A DNA stretch of 64,000 bases from NCBI RefSeq assembly GCF_009914755.1, contig NC_060948.1. One strand, written 5' to 3'. Of the stretch, positions 1 to 14,720 are shown piece after piece. The position numbers and the translations under genes are program-made. This DNA is from the human T2T-CHM13v2.0 reference genome, Homo sapiens. A model generated the notes under the pieces. The model was not told the DNA's origin, made no database searches, and saw only the letters and a list, made by a program, of their open reading frames with translations. The first letter of the stretch is position 1. Each line of letters opens with the position of its first letter.

Positions 1-450
1 ATGCAATGGAATATTATGGAATGGAATGGAATGCATTGGAATGGAATGTCCTCTAATGGAATGGATTCGAGTGGAATGGAATCGAATATAATGGAGTCGA
101 ATGAAATGGAATTGAAAGGAATGGGATCGAATAGAATGGAATATACTGGAATGTAATGTAATGAACTCGAATGTAATTGACTGGAATAGAATGTACATGA
201 ATGGAAGGTAATCGAATGGAAAGTAATCCAATGGAATAGAATCTAATGCAATAAAACCGACTCAGATAGAGTAGAATGTAATGGAATGGAGTGCAGTGCA
301 ATGGAATGGAATGGAATTGAATGCAATGGAATGGAATGGAATGGAATGGAATGGAATGGAATGGGATGGAATGGTATGGAATGGATAGAAATGGACTGGA
401 GTGAAATGGACTGGAAAGGAATGGACTCAAATTGAAAGGGCTCGAAAGGA

Positions 451-3400
451 ATGGAGTCAAATGGAATGGTCTGGAATGGAATGAACACGAATGTAATGCA
501 ATCCAATAGAATGGAATCGAATGGCATGGAATATAAAGAAATGGATACGAAGAGAATGGAAACAAATGGAATGGAATTGCATGGAATGGAATTGAATGGA
601 ATGGGAACGAATGGAGTGAAATTGTATGCAGTAGAAGGGAATAGAATGGAATGCAAGCGAAAGGAAAGGAATGGATTGGAATGGAATGGAATTCATTGGA
701 ATGGAAGGGAATGTAGTGTAATGGACAGGCCTGGAATAAAGTGGAATGCTACGGTCTCGAATGGAATAAAAATGTATGGAATGGAATGCAATGAAACGGA
801 ATCGAATGTCATAGAATGTAATGGAATGCAACAAAATGGAATCCAAAATCATTGACTGGAAAGGCTGGGTGTCGAAAGGAATTGACTCCAATGGAATGGA
901 ATCGAATGGAATGGAAGTGAATAGAATCGAACTAAATCGAATGGAATGGAATTGATAGGAACGGAATGGAAAGGAATGCAATGATTTGGCATGGAATGGA
1001 ATCGAATGGCATCGAATGGAATGGAATGGAATGCAATGGAATGGAATGTATTAGAATGTAATGAACTTTAATGGAATGTACTCGAATGGATTCGACTGGA
1101 ATGGAATGTTCTGGAAGTGAATGGACTCCAATGGAATGGATTCAAAAGGAATGGAATCGTACGGAATGGAATCTAATGGAATGGAATTAAATGGAAATGA
1201 ATCAAATTGAATAGCACGGAATTGAATTGAATGGAATGGAATGCAATGGAATCTAATGAAACGGAAAGGAAAGGAATGGAATGGAATGGAATGGGCTGGA
1301 ATGGAAAGGAATCGAAACGAATGGAATGGAATCGAACTGAAGAGACTGGAATGGAATGCACTGGAATGGAAGGGAGTGTAATGGAAGGTTCTCGAAAAAA
1401 ATGGAATCGAATGGAATGGAATTGAATGGAACGGAATAGAGTCGAATGGAATTGAATGGAATGGAATGGACTAGAGTGAAATGGAATCGAACCACAAGGA
1501 ATGGAGAGGAATAGAATGGTCTCGAATTGAATGGAATCATATGGAATGGCATCAAACGGAATGGAATGGACAGCCACGGAATGGAATGCACTCGAATGCA
1601 ATGGAGTCGAAACTAATGGACTGGAATAGAATGGACTGGACTGGTACGGACTCCGATGGAATGGAATCGAATGGAAGGGAATCGAACGGAATGGACTCGA
1701 AGGGAAAAGACTGCAATGGAAAGGTCTCGAATGGAATGGAAATTAATGGAATGGAATGGAATCGAATGAAATGGAGTCAAAAGGAATGGAATCGAATGGC
1801 AAGAAATAGAATGTAATGGAATCGCAAGGAATTGATGTGAACGGAACGGAATGGAATGGAATCCAAAGGAATGGAATAGAATGGAATGGAATCGAATGGA
1901 AAGGACTCGAATGGAAATCACTCGAATAGAATGCAATTTAATATAATAGGATCAAATATAATGGAATGGAATGGAAAGGAATCGAAACGAAAGGAATGGA
2001 GACAGATGGAATGGAATAGAACAGAGAGCAATGGTATAGAATGGAATGGAATCATCTGGAATGGAATTGAATGGAATGGAATAATATGAAATGGAATGGA
2101 ATGGAATGGAATGGAATGCCCTTGAATTAAATGGACTGGAATGGAATGGACTCGAACAGAGTGGAATGGAAAGTGTTGAGATAGAATGGAATGGACTCCT
2201 TTGGAATGGTGTAGTATGCAATGCAATCGACTGGCAGGGAATCAAAAGGAATGTAATCGAATGGATTGGACTGGAATGCAATGGACTCGAATAGATTGCA
2301 AACAGAATGCAAAGGAATGGAATGGAATAGTATGGAATGGAATGGAAAGGAATGGAGTGGAAAGGAATGGAGTGGAATAGACTAGAGTGGAATGGAATGG
2401 ACTGGAAAGCAATGGACTGGAATGGAACTTTCTTGAATGGACTGGAATCAAACGGAATGGAATGCAATGCAATCAAATGGCATGGAATAAAATAGAATGA
2501 AAGAGAATCAAATGGAATTGAATCGAATGGAATCGAATGGATTGGAAAGGAATAGAATGGAATGGAATGGAATGGACTCAAATGGAATGGACTAGAATGG
2601 AATGGATTCGAATGGAAGGCAAAGGAATGGAATCTATTGGAATGGACTGTAATGGAATGGAATGGAAGGGATTGGAATGGACTCGAATGGAATGGACTGC
2701 AATAGAAAGGATTTGAATGGAATGAAAAAGAATTGAATGGAATAGAACAGAATGGAATCAAATCGAATGAAATGGAATGGAATAGAAAGGAATGGAATGA
2801 AATGGAATGGAAAGGATTCGAATGGAATGCAATCGAATGGAATGGAATCGAACGGAATGGAATAAAATGGAAGAAAACTGGCAAGAAATGGAATCGAAAT
2901 GAATGGAGTGTTATGGAACGGACTCAAAAGGAATTGAATGTAATAGAATGGAGTGGAGTGGACTCGAATATAATGGACTGGAATGGAATGAAATCACATG
3001 GAATGGGAACGAATGGAATGGAATGGAAAGGAATGGAATCGAATGGAAAGGAATCGAATGGAAGGGAATGAAATTGAATCAACAGGAATGGAAGGGAATA
3101 GAATAGACGGTAATGGAATGGACTCGAATAGAATGGACACGAATGCTCAAATTGAATGGACTCGAATGGAATGGAAACGAAAGGAATGTCATCGAATGGA
3201 ATTGAATCGATTGGAATGAAATCGCATAGAATGGAGTGGAATCAAATGGAATTGAATCGAAAGGAAAGGAAGCGAATGGACTGAAATGAAATGGAATGGA
3301 ATTGAATGGAAAGTAATGCAATGGAATAGAATGGAACGAAATTTCACGGAATGGAATCAAACTGAATAGAATCAAATCAATGGAATCAAATCAAATGGAA

Positions 3401-4024
3401 TGGAAAGGAATTGAATGGAGTAGATTGGATTGGATGGGATTGGAATGAAATGTACTGGAAAGGACTCGAATTTCATGAAACGGAATGGAATGAATTGGAA
3501 CGGAATGGACTCGAATGGAATGGAATGTCATGGAATGGCATCAAATGGAATGGTATCAAATGGAATGGAATCGAATGCAATGGAATGCTATGGAATGGAA
3601 TGGAATGCATTGGAATGGAATGTCCTCTAATGGAATGGATTCGAGTGGAATGGAATCGAATATAATGGAGTCGAATGAAATGGAATTGAAAGGAATGGGA
3701 TCGAATACAATGGAATATACTGGAATGTAATGTAATGAACTCGAATGTAATTGACTAGAATGGAATGTACATGAATGGAATGTAATCGAATGGAAAGTAA
3801 TCCAATGGAATAGAATCTAATGCAATAAAATCGACTCAGATAGAGTAGAATGTAATGGAATGGAGTGCAGTGCAATGGAATGGAATGGAATGGAATGCAA
3901 TGGAATGGAATGGAATGGAATGGAATGGAATGGGATGGGATGGAATGGTATGGAATGGATAGTAATGGACTGGAGTGAAATGGACTGGAAAGGAATGGAC
4001 TCAAATTGAAAGGGCTCGAAAGGA
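451..4024 (+). repeat. Unit U1 (3574 bp), subtype A
   Basis: Markers GGATACGAAG (~543), AATCATATGG (~1535), CAAATATAAT (~1953), GATTGCAAACAGAAT (~2294); private 15-bp duplication near 2345-2375. Confidence 0.9.
592..745 (+). other. DYZ1 diagnostic segment (154 bp) containing the per-unit EcoRI (689-694) and StuI/HaeIII (727-732) sites
   Basis: Begins TTGAATGGAATGGGAACGAATGG and ends GGACAGGCCTGGAATAAAGTGGA. From memory these match commonly used DYZ1 sex-typing PCR primer sites (not verified by search). It recurs in every unit. Confidence 0.8.
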
Positions 4025-7000
4025 ATGGAGTCAAATGGAATGGTCTGGAATGGAATGAACACGAATGTAATGCAATCCAATAGAATGGAATCGAATGGCA
4101 TGGAATATAAAGAAATGGAATCGGAGAGAATGGAAACAAATGGAATGGAATTGAATGGAATGGAATTGAATGGAATGGGAACGAATGGAGTGAAATTGTA
4201 TGCAGTAGAAGGGAATAGAATGGAATGCAAGCGAAAGGAAAGGAATGGATTGGAATGGAATGGAATTCATTGGAATGGAAGGGAATGTAGTGTAATGGAC
4301 AGGCCTGGAATAAAGTGGAATGCTACGGTCTCGAATGGAATAAAAATGTATGGAATGGAATGCAATGAAATGGAATCGAATGTCATAGAATGTAATGGAA
4401 TGCAAAAAATGGAATCCAAAATCATTGACTGGAAAGGCTGGGTGTCGAAAGGAATTGACTCCAATGGAATGGAATCGAATGGAATGGAAGTGAATAGAAT
4501 CGAACTAAATCGAATGGAATGGAATTGATAGGAACGGAATGGAAAGGAATGCAATGATTTGGCATGGAATGGAATCGAATGGCATCGAATGGAATGGAAT
4601 GGAATGCAATGGAATGGAATGTATTAGAATGTAATGAACTTTAATGGAATGTACTCGAATGGATTCGACTGGAATGGAATGTTCTGGAAGTGAATGGACT
4701 CCAATGGAATGGATTCCAAAGGAATGGAATCGTACGGAATGGAATCTAATGGAATGGAATTAAATGGAAATGAATCAAATTGAATAGCACGGAATTGAAT
4801 TGAATGGAATGGAATGCAATGGAATCTAATGAAACGGAAAGGAAAGGAATGGAATGGAATGGAATGGGCTGGAATGGAAAGGAATCGAAACGAATGGAAT
4901 GGAATCGAACTGAAGAGACTGGAATGGAATGCACTGGAATGGAAGGGAGTGTAATGGAAGGTTCTCGAAAAAAATGGAATCGAATGGAATGGAATTGAAT
5001 GGAACGGAATAGAGTCGAATGGAATTGAATGGAATGGAATGGACTAGAGTGAAATGGAATCGAACCACAAGGAATGGACAGGAATAGAATGGTCTCGAAT
5101 TGAATGGAATCGTATGGAATGGCATCAAACGGAATGGAATGGACAGCCACGGAATGGAATGCACTCGAATGCAATGGAGTCGAAACTAATGGACTGGAAT
5201 AGAATGGACTCGACTGGTACGGACTCCAATGCAATGGAATCGAATGGAAGGGAATCGAACGGAATGGACTCGAAGGGAAAAGACTGCAATGGAAAGGTCT
5301 CGAATGGAATGGAAATTAATGGAATGGAATGGAATCGAATGAAATGGAGTCAAAAGGAATGGAATCGAATGGCAAGAAATCGAATGTAATGGAATCGCAA
5401 GGAATTGATGTGAACGGAACGGAATGGAATGGAATCCAAAGGAATGGAATAGAATGGAATGGAATCGAATGGAAAGGACTCGAATGGCAATCACTCGAAT
5501 AGAATGCAATTTAATAAAATAGGATCAAATGTAATGGAATGGAATGGAAAGGAATCGAAACGAAAGGAATGGAGACAGATGGAATGGAATGGAACAGAGA
5601 GCAATGGTATAGAATGGAACGGAATCATCTGGAATGGAATTGAATGGAATGGAATAATATGAAATGGAATGGAATGGAATGGAATGGAATGCCCTTGAAT
5701 TAAATGGACTGGAATGGAATGGACTCGAACAGAGTGGAATGGAAAGTGTTGAGATAGAATGGAATGGACTCCTTTGGAATGGTCTAGTATGCAATGCAAT
5801 CGACTGGCAGGGAATCAAAAGGAATGTAATCGAATGGATTGGACTGGAATGCAATGGACTCGAATAGATTGGAAACGGAATGCAAAGGAATGGAATGGAA
5901 TAGTATGGAATGGAATGGAAAGGAATGGAGTGGAATAGACTAGAGTGGAATGGAATGGACTGGAAAGCAATGGACTGGAATGGAACTTTCTTGAATGGAC
6001 TGGAATCAAACGGAATGGAATGCAATGCAATCAAATGGCATGGAATAAAATAGAATGAAAGAGAATCAAATGGAATTGAATCGAATGGAATCGAATGGAT
6101 TGGAAAGGAATAGAATGGAATGGAATGGAATTGACTCAAATGGAATGGACTAGAATGGAATGGATTCGAATGGAAGGCAAAGGAATGGAATCTATTGGAA
6201 TGGACTGTAATGGAATGGAATGGAAGGGATTGGAATGGACTCGAATGGAATGGACTGCAATAGAAAGGATTCGAATGGAATGAAAAAGAATTGAATGGAA
6301 TAGAACAGAATGGAATCAAATCGAATGAAATGGAATGGAATAGAAAGGAATGGAATGAAATGGAATGGAAAGGATTCGAATGGAATGCAATCGAATGGAA
6401 TGGAATCGAACGGAATGGAATAAAATGGAAGAAAACTGGCAAGAAATGGAATCGAAATGAATGGAGTGTTATGGAACGGACTCAAAAGGAATTGAATGTA
6501 ATAGAATGGAGTGGAGTGGACTCGAATATAATGGACTGGAATGGAATGAAATCACATGGAATGGGAACGAATGGAATGGAATGGAAAGGAATGGAATCGA
6601 ATGGAAAGGAATCGAATGGAAGGGAATGAAATTGAATCAACAGGAATGGAAGGGAATAGAATAGACGGTAATGGAATGGACTCGAATAGAATGGACACGA
6701 ATGCTCAAATTGAATGGACTCGAATGGAATGGAAACGAAAGGAATGTCATCGAATGGAATTGAATCGATTGGAATGAAATCGCATAGAATGGAGTGGAAT
6801 CAAATGGAATTGAATCGAAAGGAAAGGAAGCGAATGGACTGAAATGAAATGGAATGGAATTGAATGGAAAGTAATGCAATGGAATAGAATGGAACGAAAT
6901 TTCACGGAATGGAATCAAACTGAATGGAATCAAATCAATGGAATCTAATCAAATGGAATGGAAAGGAATTGAATGGAGTAGATTGGATTGGATGGGATTG

Positions 7001-7587
7001 GAATGAAATGTACTGGAAAGGACTCGAATTTCATGAAACGGAATGGAATGAATTGGAACGGAACGGACTCGAATGGAATGGAATGTCATGGAATGGCATC
7101 AAATGGAATGGCATCAAATGGAATGGAATCGAATGCAATGGAATGTTACGGAATGGAATGGAATGCATTGGAATGGAATGTCCTCTAATGGAATGGATTC
7201 GAGTGGAATGGAATCGAATATAATGGAGTCGAATGAAATGGAATTGAAAGGAATGGGATCGAATAGAATGGAATATACTGGAATGTAATGTAATGAACTC
7301 GAATGTAATTGACTGGAATGGAATGTACATGAATGGAAGGTAATCGAATGGAAAGTAATCCAATGGAATAGAATCTAATGCAATAAAATCGACTCAGATA
7401 GAGTAGAATGTAATGGAATGGAGTGCAGTGCAATGGAATGGAATGGAATTGAATGCAATGGAATGGAATGGAATGGAATGGAATGGAATGGAATGGAATG
7501 GGATGGAATGGTATGGAATGGATAGTAATGGACTGGAGTGAAATGGACTGGAAAGGAATGGACTCAAATTGAAAGGGCTCGAAAGGA
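4025..7587 (+). repeat. Unit U2 (3563 bp), subtype B
   Basis: TCGGAGAG; 1-bp shorter A-run at ~4404; GGACAGGAAT; GGTCTAGTAT (~5781). Confidence 0.9.
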
Positions 7588-10500
7588 ATGGAGTCAAATG
7601 GAATGGTCTGGAATGGAATGAACACGAATGTAATGCAATCCAATAGAATGGAATCGAATGGCATGGAATATAAAGAAATGGATTCGAAGAGAATGGAAAC
7701 AAATGGAATGGAATTGAATGGAATGGAATTGAATGGAATGGGAACGAATGGAGTGAAATTGTATGCAGTAGAAGGGAATAGAATGGAATGCAAGCGAAAG
7801 GAAAGGAATGGATTGGAATGGAATGGAATTCATTGGAATGGAAGGGAATGTAGTGTAATGGACAGGCCTGGAATAAAGTGGAATGCTACGGTCTCGAATG
7901 GAATAAAAATGTATGGAATGGAATACAAAGAAACGGAATCGAATGTCATAGAATGTAATGGAATGCAACAAAATGGAATCCAAAATCATTGACTGGAAAG
8001 GCTGGGTGTCGAAAGGAATTGACTCCAATGGAATGGAATCGAATGGAATGGAAGTGAATAGAATCGAACTAAATCGAATGGAATGGAATTGATAGGAACG
8101 GAATGGAAAGGAATGCAATGATTTGGCATGGAATGGAATCGAATGGCATCGAATGGAATGGAATGGAATGCAATGGAATGGAATGTATTAGAATGTAATG
8201 AACTTTAATGGAATGTACTCGAATGGATTCGACTGGAATGGAATGTTCTGGAAGTGAATGGACTCCAATGGAATGGATTCAAAAGGAATGGAATCGTACG
8301 GAATGGAATCTAATGGAATGGAATTAAATGGAAATGAATCAAATTGAATAGCACGGAATTGAATTGAATGGAATGGAATGCAATGGAATCTAATGAAACG
8401 GAAAGGAAAGGAATGGAATGGAATGGAATGGGCTGGAATGGAAAGGAATCGAAACGAATGGAATGGAATCGAACTGAAGAGACTGGAATGGAATGCAATG
8501 GAATGGAATGCACTGGAATGGAAGGGAGTGTAATGGAAGGTTCTCGAAAAAAATGGAATCGAATGGAATGGAATTGAATGGAACGGAATAGAGTCGAATG
8601 GAATTGAATGGAATGGAATGGACTAGAGTGAAATGGAATCAAACCACAAGGAATGGAGAGGAATAGAATGGTCTCGAATTGAATGGAATCGTATGGAATG
8701 GCATCAAACGGAATGGAATGGACAGCCACGGAATGGAATGCACTCGAATGCAATGGAGTCGAAACTAATGGACTGGAATAGAATGGACTCGACTGGTACG
8801 GACTCCAATGCAATGGAATCGAATGGAAGGGAATCGAACGGAATGGACTCGAAGGGAAAAGACTGCAATGGAAAGGTCTCGAATGGAATGGAAATTAATG
8901 GAATGGAATGGAATGGAATGAAATGGAGTCAAAAGGAATGGAATCGAATGGCAAGAAATCGAATGTAATGGAATCGCAAGGAATTGATGTGAACGGAACG
9001 GAATGGAATGGAATCCAAAGGAATGGAATAGAATGGAATGGAATCGAATGGAAAGGACTCGAATGGAAATCACTCGAATAGAATGCAATTTAATAAAATA
9101 GGATCAAATGTAATGGAATGGAATGGAAAGGAATCGAAACGAAAGGAATGGAGACAGATGGAATGGAATAGAACAGAGAGCAATGGTATAGAATGGAATG
9201 GAATCATCTGGAATGGAATTGAATGGAATGGAATAATATGAAATGGAATGGAATGGAATGGAATGGAATGCCCTTGAATTAAATGGACTGGAATGGAATG
9301 GACTCGAACAGAGTGGAATGGAAAGTGTTGAGATAGAATGGAATGGACTCCTTTGGAATGGTGTAGTATGCAATGCAATCGACTGGCAGGGAATCAAAAG
9401 GAATGTAATGGAATGGACTGGACTGGAATGCAATGGACTCGAATAGATTGGAAACGGAATGCAAAGAAATGGAATGGAATAGTATGGAATGGAATGGAAA
9501 GGAATGGAGTGGAATAGACTAGAGTGGAATGGAATGGACTGGAAAGCAATGGACTGGAATGGAACTTTCTTGAATGGACTGGAATCAAACGGAATGGAAT
9601 GCAATGCAATCAAATGGCATGGAATAAAATAGAATGAAAGAGAATCAAATGGAATTGAATCGAATGGAATCGAATGGATTGGAAAGGAATAGAATGGAAT
9701 GGAATGGAATGGACTCAAATGGAATGGACTAGAATGGAATGGATTCGAATGGAAGGCAAAGGAATGGAATCTATTGGAATGGACTGTAATGGAATGGAAT
9801 GGAAGGGATTGGAATGGACTCGAATGGAATGGACTGCAATAGAAAGGATTCGAATGGAATGAAAAAGAATTGAATGGAATAGAACAGAATGGAATCAAAT
9901 CGAATGAAATGGAATGGAATAGAAAGGAATGGAATGAAATGGAATGGAAAGGATTCGAATGGAATGCAATCGAATGGAATGGAATCGAACGGAATGGAAT
10001 AAAATGGAAGAAAACTGGCAAGAAATGGAATCGAAATGAATGGAGTGTTATGGAACGGACTCAAAAGGAATTGAATGTAATAGAATGGAGTGGAGTGGAC
10101 TCGAATATAATGGACTGGAATGGAATGAAATCACATGGAATGGGAACGAATGGAATGGAATGGAAAGGAATGGAATCGAATGGAAGGGAATGAAATTGAA
10201 TCAACAGGAATGGAAGGGAATAGAATAGACGGTAATGGAATGGACTCGAATAGAATGGACACGAATGCTCAAATTGAATGGACTCGAATGGAATGGAAAC
10301 GAAAGGAATGTCATCGAATGGAATTGAATCGATTGGAATGAAATCGCATAGAATGGAGTGGAATCAAATGGAATTGAATCGAAAGGAAAGGAAGCGAATG
10401 GACTGAAATGAAATGGAATGGAATTGAATGGAAAGTAATGCAATGGAATAGAATGGAACGAAATTTCACGGAATGGAATCAAACTGAATGGAATCAAATC

Positions 10501-11146
10501 AATGGAATCAAATCAAATGGAATGGAAAGGAATTGAATGGAGTAGATTGGATTGGATGGGATTGGAATGAAATGTACTGGAAAGGACTCGAATTTCATGA
10601 AACGGAATGGAATGAATTGGAACGGAATGGACTCGAATGGAATGGAATGTCATGGAATGGCATCAAATGGAACGGCATCAAATGGAATAGAATCGAATGC
10701 AATGGAATGCTATGGAATGGAATGGAATGCATTGGAATGGAATGTCCTCTAATGGAATGGATTCGAGTGGAATGGAATCGAATATAATGGAGTCGAATGA
10801 AATGGAATTGAAAGGAATGGGATCGAATACAATGGAATATACTGGAATGTAACGTAATGAACTCGAATGTAATTGACTGGAATGGAATGTACATGAATGG
10901 AATGTAATCGAATGGAAAGTAATCCAATGGAATAGAATCTAATGCAATAAAATCGACTCAGATAGAGTAGAATGTAATGGAATGGAGTTCAGTGCAATGG
11001 AATGGAATGGAATGGAATGCAATTGAATGGAATGGAATGGAATGGAATGGAATGGAATGGGATGGAATGGTATGGAATGGATAGTAATGGACTGGAGTGA
11101 AATGGACTGGAAAGGAATGGACTCAAATTGAAAGGGCTCGAAAGGA
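7588..11146 (+). repeat. Unit U3 (3559 bp), subtype C
   Basis: GATTCGAAGA (7681), GAATACAAAGAAAC (7921), ATCAAACCAC (~8640); +15 bp near 8495 and -15 bp near 10175. Confidence 0.9.
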
Positions 11147-14100
11147 ATGGAGTCAAATGGAATGGTCTGGAATGGAATGAACACGAATGTAATGCAATCC
11201 AATAGAATGGAATCGAATGGCATGGAATATAAAGAAATGGAATCGGAGAGAATGGAAACAAATGGAATGGAATTGAATGGAATGGAATTGAATGGAATGG
11301 GAACGAATGGAGTGAAATTGTATGCAGTAGAAGGGAATAGAATGGAATGCAAGCGAAAGGAAAGGAATGGATTGGAATGGAATGGAATTCATTGGAATGG
11401 AAGGGAATGTAGTGTAATGGACAGGCCTGGAATAAAGTGGAATGCTACGGTCTCGAATGGGATAAAAATGTATGGAATGGAATGCAATGAAATGGAATCG
11501 AATGTCATAGAATGTAATGGAATGCAACAAAATGGAATCCAAAATCAGTGACTGGAAAGGCTGGGTGTCGAAAGGAATTGACTCCAATGGAATGGAATCG
11601 AATGGAATGGAAGTGAATAGAATCGAACTAAATCGAATGGAATGGAATTGATAGGAACGGAATGGAAAGGAATGCAATGATTTGGCATGGAATGGAATCG
11701 AATGGCATCGAATGGAATGGAATGGAATGCAATGGAATGGAATGTATTAGAATGTAATGAACTTTAATGGAATGTACTCGAATGGATTCGACTGGAATGG
11801 AATGTTCTGGAAGTGAATGGACTCCAATGGAATGGATTCCAAAGGAATGGAATCGTACGGAATGGAATCTAATGGAATGGAATTAAATGGAAATGAATCA
11901 AATTGAATAGCACGGAATTGAATTGAATGGAATGGAATGCAATGGAATCTAATGAAACGGAAAGGAAAGGAATGGAATGGAATGGAATGGGCTGGAATGG
12001 AAAGGAATCGAAACGAATGGAATGGAATCGAACTGAAGAGACTGGAATGGAATGCACTGGAATGGAAGGGAGTGTAATGGAAGGTTCTCGAAAAAAATGG
12101 AATCGAATGGAATGGAATTGAATGGAACGGAATAGAGTCGAATGGAATTGAATGGAATGGAATGGACTAGAGTGATATGGAATCGAACCACAAGGAATGG
12201 AGAGGAATAGAATGGTCTCGAATTGAATGGAATCGTATGGAGTGGCATCAAACGGAATGGAATGGACAGCCACGGAATGGAATGCACTCGAATGCAATGG
12301 AGTCGAAACTAATGGACTGGAATAGAATGGACTCGACTGGTACGGACTCCAATGGAATGGAATCGAATGGAAGGGAATCGAACGGAATGGACTCGAAGGG
12401 AAAAGACTGCAATGGAAAGGTCTCGAATGGAATGGAAATTAATGGAATGGAATGGAATCGAATGAAATGGAGTCAAAAGGAATGGAATCGAATGGCAACA
12501 AATCGAATGTAATGGAATCGCAAGGAATTGATGTGAAAGGAACGGAATGGAATGGAATCCAAAGGAATGGAATAGAATGGAATGGAATCGAATGGAAAGG
12601 ACTCGAATGGAAATCACTCGAATAGAATGCAATTTAATAAAATAGGATCAAATGTAATGGAATGGAATGGAAAGGAATCGAAACGAAAGGAATGGAGACA
12701 GATGGAATGGAATGGAACAGAGAGCAATGGTATAGAATGGAATGGAATCATCTGGAATGGAATTGAATGGAATGGAATAATATGAAATGGAATGGAATGG
12801 AATGGAATGGAATGCCCTTGAATTAAATGGACTGGAATGGAATGGACTCGAACAGAGTGGAATGGAAAGTGTTGAGATAGAATGGAATGGACTCCTTTGG
12901 AATGGTGTAGTATGCAATGCAATCGACTGGCAGGGAATCAAAAGGAATGTAATGGAATGGACTGGACTGGAATGCAATGGACTCGAATAGATTGGAAACG
13001 GAATGCAAAGAAATGGAATGGAATAGTATGGAATGGAATGGAAAGGAATGGAGTGGAATAGACTAGAGTGGAATGGAATGGACTGGAAAGCAATGGACTG
13101 GAATGGAACTTTCTTGAATGGACTGGAATCAAACGGAATGGAATGCAATGCAATCAAATGGCATGGAATAAAATAGAATGAAAGAGAATCAAATGGAATT
13201 GAATCGAATGGAATCGAATGGATTGGAAAGGAATAGAATGGAATGGAATGGAATGGACTCAAATGGAATGGACTAGAATGGAATGGATTCGAATGGAAGG
13301 CAAAGGAATGGAATCTATTGGAATGGACTGTAATGGAATGGAATGGAAGGGATTGGAATGGACTCGAATGGAATGGACTGCAATAGAAAGGATTCGAATG
13401 GAATGAAAAAGAATTGAATGGAATAGAACAGAATGGAATCAAATCGAATGAAATGGAATGGAATAGAAAGTAATGGAATGAAATGGAATGGAAAGGATTC
13501 GAATGGAATGCAATCGAATGGAATGGAATCGAACGGAATGGAATAAAATGGAAGAAAACTGGCAAGAAATGGAATCGAAATGAATGGAGTGTTATGGAAC
13601 GGACTCAAAAGGAATTGAATGTAATAGAGTGGAGTGGAGTGGACTCGAATATAATGGACTGGAATGGAATGAAATCACATGGAATGGGAACGAATGGAAT
13701 GGAATGGAAAGGAATGGAATCGAATGGAAAGGAATCGAATGGAAGGGAATGAAATTGAATCAACAGGAATGGAAGGGAATAGAATAGACGGTAATGGAAT
13801 GGACTCGAATAGAATGGACACGAATGCTGAAATGGAATGGACTCGAATGGAATGGAAACGAAAGGAATGTCATCGAATGGAATTGAATCGATTGGAATGA
13901 AATCGCATAGAATGGAGTGGAATCAAATGGAATTGAATCGAAAGGAAAGGAAGCGAATGGACTGAAATGAAATGGAATGGAATTGAATGGAAAGTAACGC
14001 AATGGAATAGAATGGAACGAAATTTCACGGAATGGAATCAAACTGAATGGAATCAAATCAATGGAATCAAATCAAATGGAATGGAAAGGAATTGAATGGA

Positions 14101-14720
14101 GTAGATTGGATTGGATGGGATTGGAATGAAATGTACTGGAAAGGACTCGAATTTCATGAAACGGAATGGAATGAATTGGAACGGAATGGACTCGAATGGA
14201 ATGGAATGTCATGGAATGGCATCAAATGGAATGGCATCAAATGGAATGGAATCGAATGCAATGGAATGCTATGGAATGGAATGGAATGCATTGGAATGGA
14301 ATGTCCTCTAATGGAATGGATTCGAGTGGAATGGAATCGAATATAATGGAGTCGAATGAAATGGAATTGAAAGGAATGGGATCGAATAGAATGGAATATA
14401 CTGGAATGTAATGTAATGAACTCGAATGTAATTGACTGGAATGGAATGTACATGAATGGAATGTAATCGAATGGAAAGTAATCCAATGGAATAGAATCTA
14501 ATGCAATAAAACCGACTCAGATAGAGTAGAATGTAATGGAATGGAGTTCAGTGCAATGGAAGGGAATGGAATTGAATGCAATGGAATGGAATGGAATGGA
14601 ATGGAATGGAATGGAATGGAATGGAATGGAATGGGATGGAATGGTATGGAATGGATAGTAATGGACTGGAGTGAAATGGACTGGAAAGGAATGGACTCAA
14701 ATTGAAAGGGCTCGAAAGGA
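11147..14720 (+). repeat. Unit U4 (3574 bp), subtype D
   Basis: AGTGATATGG (12171), TGGAGTGGCATC (~12240), GGCAACAAATC (~12494), GTGAAAGG (~12533). Confidence 0.9.

Noticed and set aside
250-775. AATAAA hexamers (e.g. GCAATAAAA, GGAATAAAG, GGAATAAAAA) as polyadenylation signals
   Set aside because: They are easily generated from GGAAT variants and are present several times in every unit, with no supporting gene context.
861-880. Non-pentameric islet AAGGCTGGGTGTCGAAAGG as an inserted element or special site
   Set aside because: It is short, stays in pentamer register and is present in every unit, so it is best explained as diverged pentamers.
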